Under the pieces are notes generated by a model. The model worked only from the letters and a program-made list of their open reading frames with translations. It did not search any database and was not told where the DNA came from. Positions 1 to 16,759 of a stretch of DNA of 64,000 nucleotides are shown in pieces. The stretch lies in assembly GCA_964016885.1 (NCBI GenBank), contig OZ024741.1:240436001-240500000 (forward strand), read 5' to 3'. Source of the DNA: Eledone cirrhosa. Lineage: Eukaryota. The stretch's first letter is position 1, and each line of letters starts with the position of its first letter. The position numbers were made by a program, and so were the translations under genes.

Positions 1-279
1 ATATATATATCAGTAGTCTTGTCTCTCCAGCTAACATTACACAATCTATAAAAACATATAGAGCTACATGTGATAGTAATGTATATTAGTGGTCTTGTTT
101 CTCCAGCTAACATTACACTACAACACTTTACATAACAGTATATCAACAGCTAGAAACATGATGAACATCAAATATTGTAGTTTTTCACATAACATTATGT
201 ATTTGTCTGCTCTGTTATTAAGACACTTCTTTGGGGTTTGGTGTTGCAGTAGAGCTCTCTGTGTATGTGTGGTCAGATT

Positions 280-2125
280 GATGTCACATATGGAGAGTTG
301 TTACATTGATGTCACATGTAGAGGGTTGTAGTGACATTGATGCTACATGTAGAGGGTTGTAGCTACATTGATGTCATATGTAGAGGGTTGTAGTTACATT
401 AATGCTACATGTAGAGGGTTGTAGTTACATTGATGTCACATGTAGAGGGTTGTAGTTACATTGATGTCACATGTAGAGGGTTGTAGTTACATTGATGTCA
501 CATGTAGAGGGTTGTAGGTACATTGATGTCACATGTAGAGGGTTGTAGTTACATTGATGTTACATGTAGAGGGTTGTAGTTACATTGATCTCACATGTAG
601 AGGGTTGTAGTTACATTGATGTTACATGTAGAGGGTTGTAGTTACATTAATGCTACATGTAGAGGGTTGTAGTTACATTGATGTCACATGTAGGTGGTTG
701 TAGTTACATTGATGTCACATGTAGAGGGTTGTAGTTACATTGATGTCACATGTAGAGGGTTGTAGTTACATTGATGTCACATGTAGAGGATTGTAGTTAC
801 ATTGATGTCACATGTAGAGGGTTGTAGTTACATTGATGTCACATGTAGAGGGTTGTAGTTACATTGATGCCACATGTAGAGGGTTGTAGTTACATTGATG
901 TCACATGTAGAGGGTTGTAGTTACATTAATGCTACATGTAGAGGGTTGTAGGTACATTGATGTTACATGTAGAGGGTTGTAGTTACATTGATGTCACATG
1001 TAGAGGGTTGTAGTGACATTAATGCTACATGTAGATTGTTGTAGTTACATTGAAGTCACATGTAGAGGGTTGTAGTTACATTAATGCTACATGTAGAGGG
1101 TTGTAGTTACATTGATGTCACATGTAGGTGGTTGTAGTTACATTGATGTCACATGTAGAGGGTTGTAGTTACATTGATGTCACATGTAGAGGGTTGTAGT
1201 TACATTGATGTCACATGTAGAGGGTTGTAGTTACATTGATGTCACATGTAGAGGGTTGTAGTTACATTGATGCCACATGTAGAGGGTTGTAGTTACATTG
1301 ATGTCACATGTAGAGGGTTGTAGTTACATTAATGCTACATGTAGAGGGTTGTAGGTACATTGATGTTACATGTAGAGGGTTGTAGTTACATTGATGTCAC
1401 ATGTAGAGGGTTGTAGTGACATTAATGCTGCATGTAGATTGTTGTAGTTACATTGATGTCACATGTAGAGGGTTGTAGTTACATTGATGTTACATGTAGA
1501 GGGTTGTAGTTACATTGATGTCACATGTAGAGGGTTGTAGTTACATTAATGCTACATGTAGAGGGTTGTAGTTACATTGATGTCACATGTAGAGGGTTGT
1601 AGTTACATTGATGTCACATGTAGAGGGTTGTAGTCACATTGATGTCACATGTAGAGGGTTGTAGGTACATTGATGTCACATGTAGAGGGTTGTAGTTACA
1701 TTGATGTCACATGTAGAGGGTTGTAGTTACATTGATGTCACATGTAGAGGGTTGTAGTTACATTGATGTCACATGTAGAGGGTTGTAGTCACATTGATGT
1801 CACATGTAGAGGGTTGTATGTACATTGATGTCACATGTAGAGGGTTGTAGTTACATTGATGTCACATGTAGAGGGTTGTAGTTACATTGATGTCACATGT
1901 AGATGGTTGTAGTTACATTGATGTGACATGTAGAGGGTTGTAGTTACATTAATGCTACATGTAGAGGGTTGTAGTTACATTGATGTTACATGTAGAGGGT
2001 TGTAGTTACATTAATGCTACATGTAGAGGGTTGTAGTTACATTGATGTTACATGTAGAGGGTTGTAGTTACATTAATGCTACATGTAGAGGGTTGTAGTC
2101 ACATTGTAGTTACATTAATGTGACA
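280..2125. repeat. 31-bp tandem minisatellite, consensus GTAGTTACATTGATGTCACATGTAGAGGGTT, ~59 copies
   Basis: Period of 31 read directly (gtagttaca at 421 and 452). Recurrent variant unit ...cattaatgctacatgtag. The unit contains the ACATGT palindrome. Confidence 0.97.
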
Positions 2126-2407
2126 GATGTAGATGTGATTGGTCATGCTGTTTAAATGTTTATAGTTATTATTTGGTACAATAAAGTGTGACATAGAGGT
2201 GTCTTAAATTATGAAAGGTTGGAAGGCATTACAATTGTTTAGACGGAACCTCTATATATCAACTGCTCAAATTAATGATTATGCACTGATATTATCACCT
2301 CGTATTATAAGCCAGCTACCAGGAAGGTGAAGGGGTCACTGGATTGCACTGCCACCCTCCCCCAACTTTTCAATGATGCTGCCCCATATTTAAAAAATAG
2401 CATTTAT

Positions 2408-2468
2408 ATCATCATCATCATCATCATCATCTTCGTTTAACGGCCATCTTCCACGCTAGCATGGGTTA
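2408..2468 (-). mobile_element. Very short 3' tail fragment of RTE-type LINE/SINE
   Basis: (CAT)n followed by cgtttaacggccatcttccacgctagcatgggtt matches the reverse complement of the 3' end of the RTE at 61545-61602. Similar stubs at ~18600 and ~19725. Confidence 0.75.
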
Positions 2469-3829
2469 TATAAATAAAAAAACACATCTTGAAATAAGTA
2501 CCTTGAAATGTTGATTTTACTCACTTTTCTTCTCAAAACAAGAATGATGAAAAAAAAAAAAAATTTAATTTTAACCAAAGAAGTTGGTCACCATTACTTT
2601 AACTACCATTACCATCACTGTGACCACCTTAACCAACACCAACCTCACCATCTCCACCAACACCACCATCGCCACCTTCACCACCTTAACCCCTACCACC
2701 ATCAACTTAACCAACACCATCATTACAATGTTCTAAGGCTGCCTCATCCCAAGTACCGAAACCTGTTGACAGGTTTGTAGTGTGATATATAATGTTTTTG
2801 ATAAGAGAAGTATAGTGTCAAGTGAGATAAAAAAAAGGTCTGTTTCTAGGTTGGGCCATAGACAACTAAACTAGCAACCTTAATCTAAGGTCTTTCTCGA
2901 GTGTGCAGAGGGTAGTGGAGGGACACCCTGTCAGGAAGAAACAAAACAACTACCAGTATCCTGTCTATAAAGTTGGGTAAACATATTGAGCAACCAACTG
3001 CTATACATGAAATCTACAAATGGAACAATGGACACATGAAGGTTCTTGTGTCCAGCATTGTTGTCTGTGTAAACCCTATAACCACTTGTCTCTCTTGGGT
3101 GTACTAACCCTTGTCCTTGTTATTTTCTCTGACTGAGGGAAACCCAAGTGAGAGAATCCTCTTGATATATCCAAGGACAACCCATTGTGGCTTACACTTA
3201 GTTCTGGCTAAGATTATCATGACATTGTTATGACATTGTGTGGTGAATTGGTGGAGTTCAAATTGGGATGAGGTCAACTTTATCTTTTGAGATTGATAAA
3301 AAAGAAATTCTAGTGAAATCTTTTATATCTCTTTCTCACTTCCCCTCTCTCACATTCTGTGTTATTCTCTGGAAGAAATTAGAAGGGATGGGTTCTGTCA
3401 GGTTTAAAGTGTCCAAAACATACCTTTTGATTTGTCATGAATGGGCTCATATGACTACATCAGGATTTACAGGGCCACTGTGGGAGACGGTAGGGTGAGG
3501 GGGGGGGGTCTATACATACATCATCACATTGTCCATTGCCGGAAATAACAGCCATGTGCCTGTCATGTTCAGAGGAAATAGAGGACAAAGAGATGATAGC
3601 AGTTGACACTTTGAAACACTGATCACATAGACATTCAATGTAGAGCAAAAGAAATATATATCTTAAGATTTTCACCATTCCAGTTATTTTATTAACACCC
3701 TCTCCCCAAACATACACACACATATGCACCAAGCTTCATCACAATTTTACCCAGCATGCACCAGTCCTTCCTGCATACATAATCAGTATGAATACCTTTA
3801 AGGTCCATTTCCTTTGTCAACCTTTTGGT

Positions 3830-4915
3830 TACACATGTATGCACACACACACCATAGATACAACCACACACTCATACACATGTATATACACACACACACA
3901 CCATAGATACAATCACACACTCATACACATGTATGCACACACACACCATAGATACAATCACACACTCACACACATGTATACACACACACCATAGATACAA
4001 TCACACACTCATACACATGTATATACACACACACCATAGATACAATCACACACTCACACACATGTATACACACACACACATAGATACAACCACACACTCA
4101 TACACATGTATACACTCACACACCATAGATACAATCACACACTCATACACATGTATACATACACACACACATAGATACAACCACACACTCATACACATGT
4201 ATATACACACACACACACCATAGATACAATCACACACTCATACACATGTATACACACACACACACTCACTCACATACACTCATACACATGTATACACTCA
4301 CACACACACTCACTCACATACACATATATACACTCACACACACACACACTCACTCACATACACATGTATACACTCACACACACTCACTCACTCACATACA
4401 CATGTATACACTCACACACACTCACACACATACACATGTATACACTTACACACACGCACTCACTCACATACACATGTATAACTCACACACACACACACTC
4501 ACTCACATACACTCATACACATGTATACACTCACACACACACTCACTCACATACACATATATACACTCACACACACACACACTCACTCACATACACATGT
4601 ATAACTCACACACACACTCACTCACTCACATACACATGTATACACTCACACACACACACACTCACTCACATACACATGTATACACTCACACACACACACA
4701 CTCACTCACATACACATGTATAACTCACACACACACACACTCACTCACATACACATGTATACACTCACACACACACACACTCACTCACATACACATGTAT
4801 ACACTCACACGCACACACACTCACTCACATACACATGTATACACTCACACACACACACACTCACTCACATACACATGTATACTCACACACACCTATATAC
4901 ACTCCCATGTACATA
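3830..4915. repeat. CA-rich compound minisatellite (units such as cacacaccatagatacaatcacacactcatacacatgtata, changing to ctcactcacatacacatgtatacactcacac)
   Basis: Tandem imperfect 30-45 bp units visible directly. Source of the spurious His/Thr ORFs. Confidence 0.92.
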
Positions 4916-6280
4916 CATCACTGTCATTATTTATTACTTAAACACATCCACATATATGTAATGTGTGTAATATGATTATCTAAGTGTCTATGTGCGTATG
5001 TATGTATGTATGTGAATGCATGTGCCTATCTATTTATGTTTATGTGGATATATGGATGGAAGCGCGTGTGTGTGTGTGTCGGTGTGTGTGTGTGTGTGTG
5101 TGTGTGTGCATGTGCTGACAAGTTTGTGTTGGTAAGAGGCATTGGAATGAGTTATAAAACATGGCAATGCTGTGGATAGTTTCAATGAAAGTCCCAGTTG
5201 GTGGTGTTGAACTTGTTAAATGTCAAAGGAACTACACAACCACTAGCACCACAAAACCTCGCCACAACCACCACCAGCACCACATCTGCCCCCACAACCA
5301 GCACCACCTTCGCTTTCACCCCCATCACAAGACCCCCCCCCCCCCACAACAATAAAACAGCAACAAAGCCAATATTTAAACCAGTAGTAATGAGAAAATA
5401 TGCTTTGAATGTGATGTAGAGTTGGGGATTGTTTGGCTGTCATACATCTTAAGACTTCTTAACCTGTGTGTGTGTGTGTGTGTGTGTTTATGTATGAATT
5501 TATGTTGAAGTTTGTTCCATTAACACCTGCTATGGCTGGAACTTTCTATCTTAGGCTTTCAGAAGTTTCAAACATGCTAGAAATTGGTAATATGCAATGA
5601 ATCACCAGTTCCACCACCTTAACTATCATCACCATGACTATCTTAACCAACACCACCTTCACCACTTTAGCCATCATCATCACCATCATCTTAACCAACG
5701 CCACCATCACCACCAACATTGTAACCATCATCTATAACATCACTATAACCTCCACCATTACCACCACCACCACCACCACCACCACCACCAAACAGACCAA
5801 TAACCATTCACACTTGATAATAACTATAGCAATCTCACCTGCCCCTGGTTGGGAACAAGAACAGGGGTGTAGAACTGACTTTCAGTATCGCCCACACACA
5901 CTACCCCCTTCCCCCTCCAGAACTTTTGAGGGGGGAGAGCAACAACACTTTTTGTGCTTTCCTCTTAATTAACAGGCATGATAGACCAGAGGAAACTTTA
6001 TACTCCTCCCTCACTCCATACTTGCACCAGTGACTGGGACTTGTTCCTACCACCGCTAGCTACATCTCTAGATAGGGTCCTATAAAGTTAATGACAACTG
6101 TCTTTTCCAACTGAATACTTGAATAATAATAAGAAAAAAACATCAGAAAACCCATTTTTATTTCCTGCCCAAATATGATATTGTATGTGTGAGTTATCAA
6201 CTGCCTTACCTAAACAATGTCACAGCTACCTGACGTTTGGCTGGAAGGGATTCGCTGTTGTGTAACAATCAATAGCTCTG

Positions 6281-6560
6281 TGAAGATGCATGGTTTAGTT
6301 GTTAGGGTGTTGGTATCACTATTGTAAGGTTGTGGGTCTGATCCCTGGACAAGAGGGTGAGCAAGAGACATTGTATGCTTGTGTAAGGCAATTCATTTCA
6401 TGATGTCCCAGTTTCTCTTAACTGAAAATGAGTACCAGCTGTATCTGATGATTTAACTGCAATGAATTGACATCTCATCTTAGGAGTCATGTGCTCTCAA
6501 TTGTATAATGCCTTATGAAACCCTGATAATGTCCAAGCTGCTTGGCTCGAGAAAGACTTT
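6281..6560 (+). mobile_element. Degenerate tRNA-derived CORE-like SINE
   Basis: tRNA-like head (tggtttagttgttagg...atccctggac) then a tgtgtaaggcaattcatttca CORE-like block, similar to 15229-15432. Confidence 0.5.
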
Positions 6561-6573
6561 TAACCTTCTTTAA

Positions 6574-6787
6574 CTCTTAACATCCTGTAATGATTTAGCA
6601 GAAAATATCTAAAAACATGTTAATTTAAATGTTTATAGTGTATTAACTAGTGAGCAGAACATTATGAACATTTACAATAAATTAAAATAAAGACTTTAAG
6701 TTTTTAATGTGATGCGGTCATAGTGGTGTTTTATACTTTTAAGACTGTCTTGTTAGTAATATTTCGTGCTGTACAGGGCATTAAGAG
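6574..6787. mobile_element. piggyBac-type MITE family A
   Basis: TTAA at both flanks (6570-6573, 6788-6791). TIRs CTCTTAACATCCTGTA / TACAGGGCATTAAGAG. Homologous copies at ~45169 and 51246. Confidence 0.8.
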
Positions 6788-7401
6788 TTAACTAAACAAT
6801 ATGACATCTTCTCTACTGTTTCTCTGGTCAACCAAGTGCTACAAGAGCTGACAAAAAGCTATACAACAACAATGATATCTACAAGAACTACATAATGTTA
6901 CAATACTACCACACACCATTGTTACCACCACCACCACTACCACACACCACAACACACTGCCTTGACTTATCCACTGGATCTACAAAACCTCAATATATGG
7001 TACATGGGGAAAAGTAAAATGTAGGCTTGATGTATCTAATGACCCCACAAAACCTCAATTCAAAATATATGGTGCACACTAAATGCTGAATATAAAATGG
7101 AGGTGTGATTTCTTTTTACCAATGAGACACAGTTTCTATGGTATATATCAGTATATATGGTAATTGAAACACATACAGGCTGTGGTATGACCATGGAAGG
7201 TTTATTGTATAATACATAGAGAACAGGAATGAATGTGTGTATAAGACTTAGAACTTTACCTCAAGCCACTATTGTACTACATTAGCTAAATAGTCTTCAG
7301 TACATCTAGAGTGACATTGTCTATTCAAGACAGCAGAGTAACCTGTCAAATTTAGCCAATTGTCTAGAATAATTGGACAGTGATCTTTCCCTACAGGCCT
7401 C

Positions 7402-7432
<31 letters not shown>

Positions 7433-7589
7433 ATTACCATTGAAGCAAATATAGGTATCTTAGAGAGCAATAGGTTCCATATTTCTCATCTTGTGTTCTT
7501 TCCCCTTGCACAATAAATTGGAAGCACTCAATGTACTTAACATTCTCTAATTCTAATTGCTGAATCATCTAAAAAGAAAACAAAAAAGA

Positions 7590-10760
<3,171 letters not shown>

Positions 10761-10819
10761 GTGTGTATGTATGTGTATGGATATATATATGTCTATGTTG
10801 GTGCTACTGGTAACATGCA

Positions 10820-11060
10820 TCCCAGTACAACCTGTCCCATGGTCGGGTCGTTGGCGACTAAACTGGCAACCCCACCAAGGTTTTTTGGTGAGGAGGGTGA
10901 CTTTGGACATCCTGCAGGACTAAAAACAAAACCTGTCAAAGGGCAAAGGAGCTCTTAAGAGTCAATGGCCATCCAAAATCACCGGGAGAGATGACCCCTT
11001 AGCCTTTGTCAAGGCAGAATTCTAGGAGAAGGAAAACTCTGATATAACACCTGCAACCCT
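10820..11060 (+). mobile_element. Probable 5' UTR fragment of an RTE-clade LINE
   Basis: GC-richer island with ctaggagaaggaaaactctga, a motif I recall from RTE-BovB-like 5' regions. No ORF support. Confidence 0.35.
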
Positions 11061-11404
11061 GATGGTATCCAATGATGTTGACTTGTTCTTCTTTTTGGTA
11101 AATATCATCTTGGTTAAGAGAGTGGGACTGGCTTTGTGCAGTGCCTTTGCTCACTATAAAAGCTTCACGGCACAGGCATTGCTTTATATCTGGAGATCTC
11201 TCTGCACTTGCCGTCACATGGTACCATGGGCCCAGCACTATGTGTCAATAATTGTCACAAGTGTAGTGTTTGTACCAGAGTTTTCATGTCGCTGGCTGGA
11301 CTAAAATGTCACACTTGTTCAGCGCATCGGTAGGGGTTCTCCTACATGGATATAAAGTAGTGGCCGTACTCGAAAACGAGTTGGCAGCCACCATATATAT
11401 ATGT

Positions 11405-11603
11405 ATAACGAAGGAATTGTGGTAAGGAACCAGATCGACCATAACGCACCAGAGTACTCAATACTTAGGGTAGTAGAGTGGGAAATAGGAAAAAGTATGA
11501 CTCCGATGGCATACCTCAAGCCGTTTCGACGGCTATTTCTGGAGTCCAGAAATAGCCGTCGAAACGGCTTGAGCTCTGCCGTCGGGGTCATACTTTTTCC
11601 TAT
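11405..11603 (-). mobile_element. Fold-back retroelement fragment (family H1) carrying the 3' half of a hammerhead ribozyme
   Basis: Inverted repeat 11485-11603 centred at ~11544, flanked by (TA)n. Plus arm reads gccgtc-GAAA-CGGC-ttgagctct-GCCG-TC-ggggtcatac. Homologous copies at 13851-13988 and 18521-18586. Confidence 0.75.
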
Positions 11604-11646
11604 GTATATATATATATGTGTGTATATATATATGTATATATATATA

Positions 11647-11694
<48 letters not shown>

Positions 11695-11844
11695 TATATA
11701 TAGTGGAGAAAAGGAGTAAAGTTCCATACAAATGAAAGGTTATAGGTAAAAAGTAAAAGTGAAAAAGCACAGATATATTTAAAGATTATTTTTTTCTTTA
11801 ATCTAACAAAATGAATAACTTTATAATAGACATTAAGTGGATTC

Positions 11845-12095
11845 AAATTTGATCAAATATTACCAGTTTCAATTGATTTATCAAATATTAAAAAATGTTT
11901 CTCATATTCTGTGAGCGGTTAGAAGGTATGTGAATTTTCTGTCAAAATTTCTTCTTATATAAAGAACATATATAAGAAGAAAGTTGACAGAAAATTCCCA
12001 TATTGTCTAACTGCTCACAGAATATGAGAACAAACTTTTAAAATAATTGATAAGATTGATATATCAATTTAAACTGGTAATATTTGACAAAATTT
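11845..12095. repeat. Degenerate inverted repeat (~120-bp arms) centred near 11965
   Basis: tcaaatattaccagttt ... ttctcatattctgtgagc ... ttcttcttatata is mirrored by tataagaagaa ... gctcacagaatatgagaa ... aaactggtaatatttga. Confidence 0.85.
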
Positions 12096-12385
12096 ATTTC
12101 TTAATACTCTGTAGTTTCATCTGTGTACTCACAGGATCATCAGACAAGATTATATATATGTGTGTGTGAAAAGTAAACGAAAAACATGACAACAAACAAT
12201 GCAATACAGATATATATTAGTTTAACGTTTGATATTGTAGGAAAATATTCTTAATGTTCTGGATGCTAGTCATTAATCAGAAGGTAGAAGAAACATAGAG
12301 AAGATTGAGAAGAAGAAATGGGAAAAAGGTTTTTCTTTAGAAAAAAATATGTGCGCTTAGTCACCCATTAGATATAAATATATAT

Positions 12386-12458
<73 letters not shown>

Positions 12459-13807
12459 GAGAGAGAGACAATGGGTATTCAATGCATATAAGTAGATAAG
12501 TTGATTATGAGTGGCATTGAGGTTTTACCGTCAGATACTGAAGTCAGCTACAGGTGGGATTTGAAAGTCACTGTCAACAGTTTCCTAATAATAAATATGT
12601 AGATATAAATTTAAAACGACTTAGTTTTAATAAACCATTGCAATACAAATGAGTCTATACATATGAAAATAAAGGTTTCTGATTTAAGCACAAGGAATGC
12701 TACCTTTAAATTAACAGTTCCTTATATTTTGAGTAAAATACTCCTTACCAAAGGAAAAATATTTAGGAATAATCAGAGAGTGGAATGCTGTCCCCAAATT
12801 ATTACAGAATCGATGTTTACTTCTATTTTCTGATGGTTCTTAAATATGTTTTTCCTTCACCAAAGATGTTTTAACTGAAATATAAGGAACTATTAAATAT
12901 TTCCAAGCTAGCATTCTGAGTCTCTTGTTTTTTCTTTCTTTTTCTTCATTTTACTTTTTTTCTTTTTACTCCCCTTTCTTTCTTTCTTCCCCCTTTCTGG
13001 TACTGCTAACTCTATATATAGCTGCATTTGTATTGTAGCGGCTTCTTTAAACCAATTTGTTTTTCATATGTTATGCTTCAAGCAAACTTTAAAACCTCTC
13101 TCTCTCTCCACACACACATATATGTAATATATATATACACACATATATATATATTTCATCATCACCATCTAAATCTACTATTCCATTCTGGTTTGGATTG
13201 GATGTCAGGATCCAAGTTTAGTTTTTATTCACAGTTTTTGCTGCCCTCCTAAATGCATCAGGGGACAATAGCTTGCTTATAAACTCCAACTTTATTTGCA
13301 TGATTTCTATAGATTAATACCCATCTTACCATCAGCCACTCTACAAAGTTGACTGGGAGCAATTCATCATGCCACCAGTATGCACATACATTCCTGTTTG
13401 TATAATAAATATGTTTCTGTGTGTATGCGTGTGTGTTTTCACTCTTAAACAAGATATTCCATGATTCTTTATGAAAATCAAATATATAGAAAGCAGCCAC
13501 TTTTCTTCTAATAAAATAAATTTTTATGATCTATTCACTAGGATTGAGAGCTCATTCAGGTATTGTTTGTTTTAAATACTATAGTATTTTAAACACATTC
13601 TAACACATATAGCTCTCTCTCTCTCTGTAGGATAAAGTTATATCTGTATATATATATACTGAGTGGGTAACTGAGACTGCACCAATGTGTATATAAATAT
13701 ACACTTGTTTTGATATGTAGGCATGTAAATAGCCATACTCTACTATCGAGCACTAGTATCGAGCACTCTGTTGAGTAATAGTCTTACTAGTTTAAAACTG
13801 GTACTAT

Positions 13808-13850
<43 letters not shown>

Positions 13851-13853
<3 letters not shown>

Positions 13854-13988
13854 CGAAGGAAATGTGGTAAGGAACCAGGTGGACCATATAATGCACCAAA
13901 GTACTCAATACTTAGGGTAGTAGAGTGGGTAATAGGAACAAGTAAGACCCCGACGGCTGAGCTCAAGCCGTTTCGACGGCTAATTCTA
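13851..13988 (-). mobile_element. Second copy of family H1 (hammerhead 3' half), inserted in (TA)n
   Basis: Close match to 11406-11540 (taacgaagg...tactcaatacttagggtagtagagtggg...gagctcaagccgtttcgacggct). Confidence 0.8.
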
Positions 13989-14798
13989 TATATATTTATA
14001 TATAGTTTTGCGAGGTTTTTGATATGAAATCGTGTGTCGAAACAAATATTGTTATACTTGGGGAGGGTCATATTTGTGTAATAATATTGCCAGAATTAAT
14101 AACAGAACACACTCACTGTGAGTGTGTTCAATTTCTGCAGATGGTATCATTGCATCTCTTTTCTGTCATATTTAGCTTCTATGTAAACGTTAAGTGTATT
14201 ATTTTAATGTGTGAGTGTGTAGAGTTTAAATATTCATTTATTATGGCTAAGTGGTGAGCCTTGTTCCTCTGGAGTCTAATTTGCCCACTTGCTGGATCAT
14301 CTGATGATGTTTTCTTATGAATAAAACAGTTCTGTAGAAGTCATGTTCCCCTCTGTTCCCTCTCTCTCTGCCCCCCTCTCTCTCTATCTATCCATATGTG
14401 TATATATATATATATAGAGAGAGAGAGAGTGAGAGTTTAGGATGAAGTGGCAGTCATTAGAACATCAGAAAGAATGCTCTATAATATTCATACTGGCTCT
14501 GGGTTCTCTCTCTATTTAAATCCCATTGTGGTCAACTTTGCTTTTCATGATTGTTGGTCGAAAATACTCATGTAGGAGTTATAACGAAAAAATAATTTAA
14601 TCGAATAACAAATGTTTTGATGATCCAAAATGGAGAAAGCATGTTATAAAGATCCTTTCTATATATATACCAGGTGTGCTTTTCAAACCCTTTTTTTTAT
14701 CATATATCCTTATATATATATATCCGGGAGCTTCCAACAGTAATGGTTGCATCTCTTAAGGATATGTCAATATTTATTTATAAATCAGATCTATATTA

Positions 14799-14863
14799 TA
14801 TTTTATCTGATGAAAGCATACCATAATTTAACTTGGTGTCCTTGAAATATGTATAATGAAATA
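14799..14863 (+). ncRNA. Minimal type I hammerhead ribozyme motif (family H2)
   Basis: Stem I tattttat/atgaaata; CTGATGA at 14807; stem II aagcatacca/tggtgtcctt; GAAA at 14844; near-palindromic TATGTA; UA cleavage dinucleotide at 14854-14855. Confidence 0.75.
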
Positions 14864-15228
14864 AATATGGTTTTATAAATATAGTTTCCATTTGTTAATA
14901 TCGTATATATATATATATTTATATTATATATATACAGTATATATATATATATTTATATTATGTGTGTAGATATATATATATTTATATTATGCGTATATAT
15001 ATATATATTTATATTTTATATATATATTTATATTATGTATATATATATATATATGTGTGTGTGTTTTATATATATACAGTTTATATTTATATTATGTATA
15101 TATATAAAATGTATACATATGTATATATATGTGTGTGTTTTTATATATATATATACACACACATATATATATATATATACATGTTATATATATATTATGT
15201 ATATGTATATATATATATATGTATATAT

Positions 15229-15432
15229 AGCCGCATGGTTCCGGGGTTAGAGGATTAGATTTGCAATCGTGAGGTTGTCAGTTGGATTCCTGGACCGGGC
15301 GATCCATTATGTCCTTGAGCAAGACACTTTATTTCATGTTGCTCCTTCTACCAGGAGTTGTAGAAGCAATTGGAAAGATCAATAGAAACATTGTTTCCTC
15401 TGTCCAATTTGACGAAAATCGATCGACTGACA
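15229..15432 (+). mobile_element. tRNA-derived CORE-like SINE
   Basis: A/B-box-like head (tggttccggggttag...ggattcctggacc) and tgtccttgagcaagacacttt CORE-like block. Copies at 43432 (-) and 47995 (+). Confidence 0.75.
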
Positions 15433-15503
15433 CACGTATATATATAAATACATGTTATATATATATATATATATATATATACATGTTATATATATATATT
15501 ATG

Positions 15504-15543
<40 letters not shown>

Positions 15544-15581
15544 CGTTATATATATATTATGTATATATATATATACATACA

Positions 15582-15769
15582 TAATTGTTTCTACTTTAGG
15601 CACAAGGTCAGAAATTACCCAGTACATTACTGGTACTTTATTTTATCGACCCCGTAAGGATGTGAAAGGCAAAGTTAACCTCGGCGGGATTTGAACTCAG
15701 ACTGTAAAGGGATGTAACTATGCCAGAAAGCATGGCGTCCAACCCTCTACCGATACTGCCAATTCACCG
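15582..15769 (-). mobile_element. tRNA-derived SINE family S1 (central block resembles the Meta/Sauria domain)
   Basis: Reverse complement of ...gagttcaaatcccgccgaggttaactttgcctttc...ggggtcgataaaataaagtaccag...agtagaaacaatta. About ten copies in the window. Confidence 0.85.
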
Positions 15770-15835
15770 TATTTATATATATATACATTATATATATATA
15801 TATAAATATATATATATTTATATATATATAAATAT

Positions 15836-16580
15836 ATATTCATTAGTTAAGAAAAACAAGACCACAAACTTCACAAGGGAGACATTATTAAAAGATTGTC
15901 AACATATTTTAGTTTGATGTAAGGAATGTAGAGAATAATAATAATAATAATATTAATAATAATAATGTCCGTTTACAATTGTTTCGCTACTCCATATAAT
16001 ATTTCTGGATATTTATGACTATATCATAATTGATCTGGTTCAGTTGAAAATAATTAACATATTTAAAAAACACCATAGTAAAAACCAATATATGGAACAT
16101 TATATTATGTAATATTATCCCATTATTTTAATTTATATTCCTTTGAGTTCCGATGAGCCACTCTGTTTTTTAAATATGTTAATTATTTTCAACTGAACCA
16201 GATCAATTATGATATATAGTCATCTGATCCAGAAATATTATATGGAGTAGCGAAACAATTGTAAACGGACATTATTATTATTAATATTATTATTATTATT
16301 ATTCTCTACATTCCTTACATCAAACTAAAATATGTTGACAATCTTTTAATAATGTCTCCCTTGTGAAGTTTGTGGTCTTGTTTTTCTTAACTAATGAATA
16401 TTTCCAGCTCTGCGCACCTAACTTCTGCATGAAACCAGCCACCTAGCTGCTTTCTACTGCATATTGCACATTGAGCACATGCCTTTACGCTTTGGCTTCT
16501 AACTAACTCACCAATCTCTCCTCTCTATCTCCTTTACTATCTCCATCTCTCTCTTTAAGATTGGTTACTCTTGAACTGTG
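15836..16580 (+). mobile_element. Asymmetric fold-back element (family H3): arms 15836-16072 and 16164-16401, right arm extends to ~16580
   Basis: Near-perfect ~237-bp inverted repeat with 91-bp spacer, flanked by (TA)n at both ends. Contains a hammerhead-like motif. Confidence 0.85.
16147..16266 (+). ncRNA. Hammerhead-like motif with extended stem II and variant core (CCGATGA)
   Basis: gtt-CCGATGA-gccactc...(~80 nt)...gagtagc-GAAA-CAATTG-TA-aac. Palindromic stem III CAATTG. Confidence 0.55.
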
Positions 16581-16759
16581 TATATAAATATATATATATA
16601 TATTTATATATATATATATATATAATTGTTTCTACTTTAGGCACAAGGCCAGTACATTACTGGTATTTTATAATGTATATATATAATGTATATATATATA
16701 TATCAAATGTATATATTTATATATATATATAATGTATATATAATGTATATATATATATA

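Noticed and set aside
280-2125. CRISPR array or coding repeat
   Set aside because: Spacer-less tandem repeat with stop codons and no long ORF.
5161-5972. Thr/His-rich mucin-like ORFs
   Set aside because: Derived from degenerate (CAC/CAT)n trinucleotide repeats, with no splice or domain support.
13565-13597. 28-bp AT-rich palindrome
   Set aside because: Short and AT-rich. It may be chance or a tiny fold-back, and there is no further support.
14290-14345. Hammerhead motif at CTGATGA 14300
   Set aside because: GAAA is replaced by TAAAA and stems I and II are not convincingly paired. Too degenerate to call.
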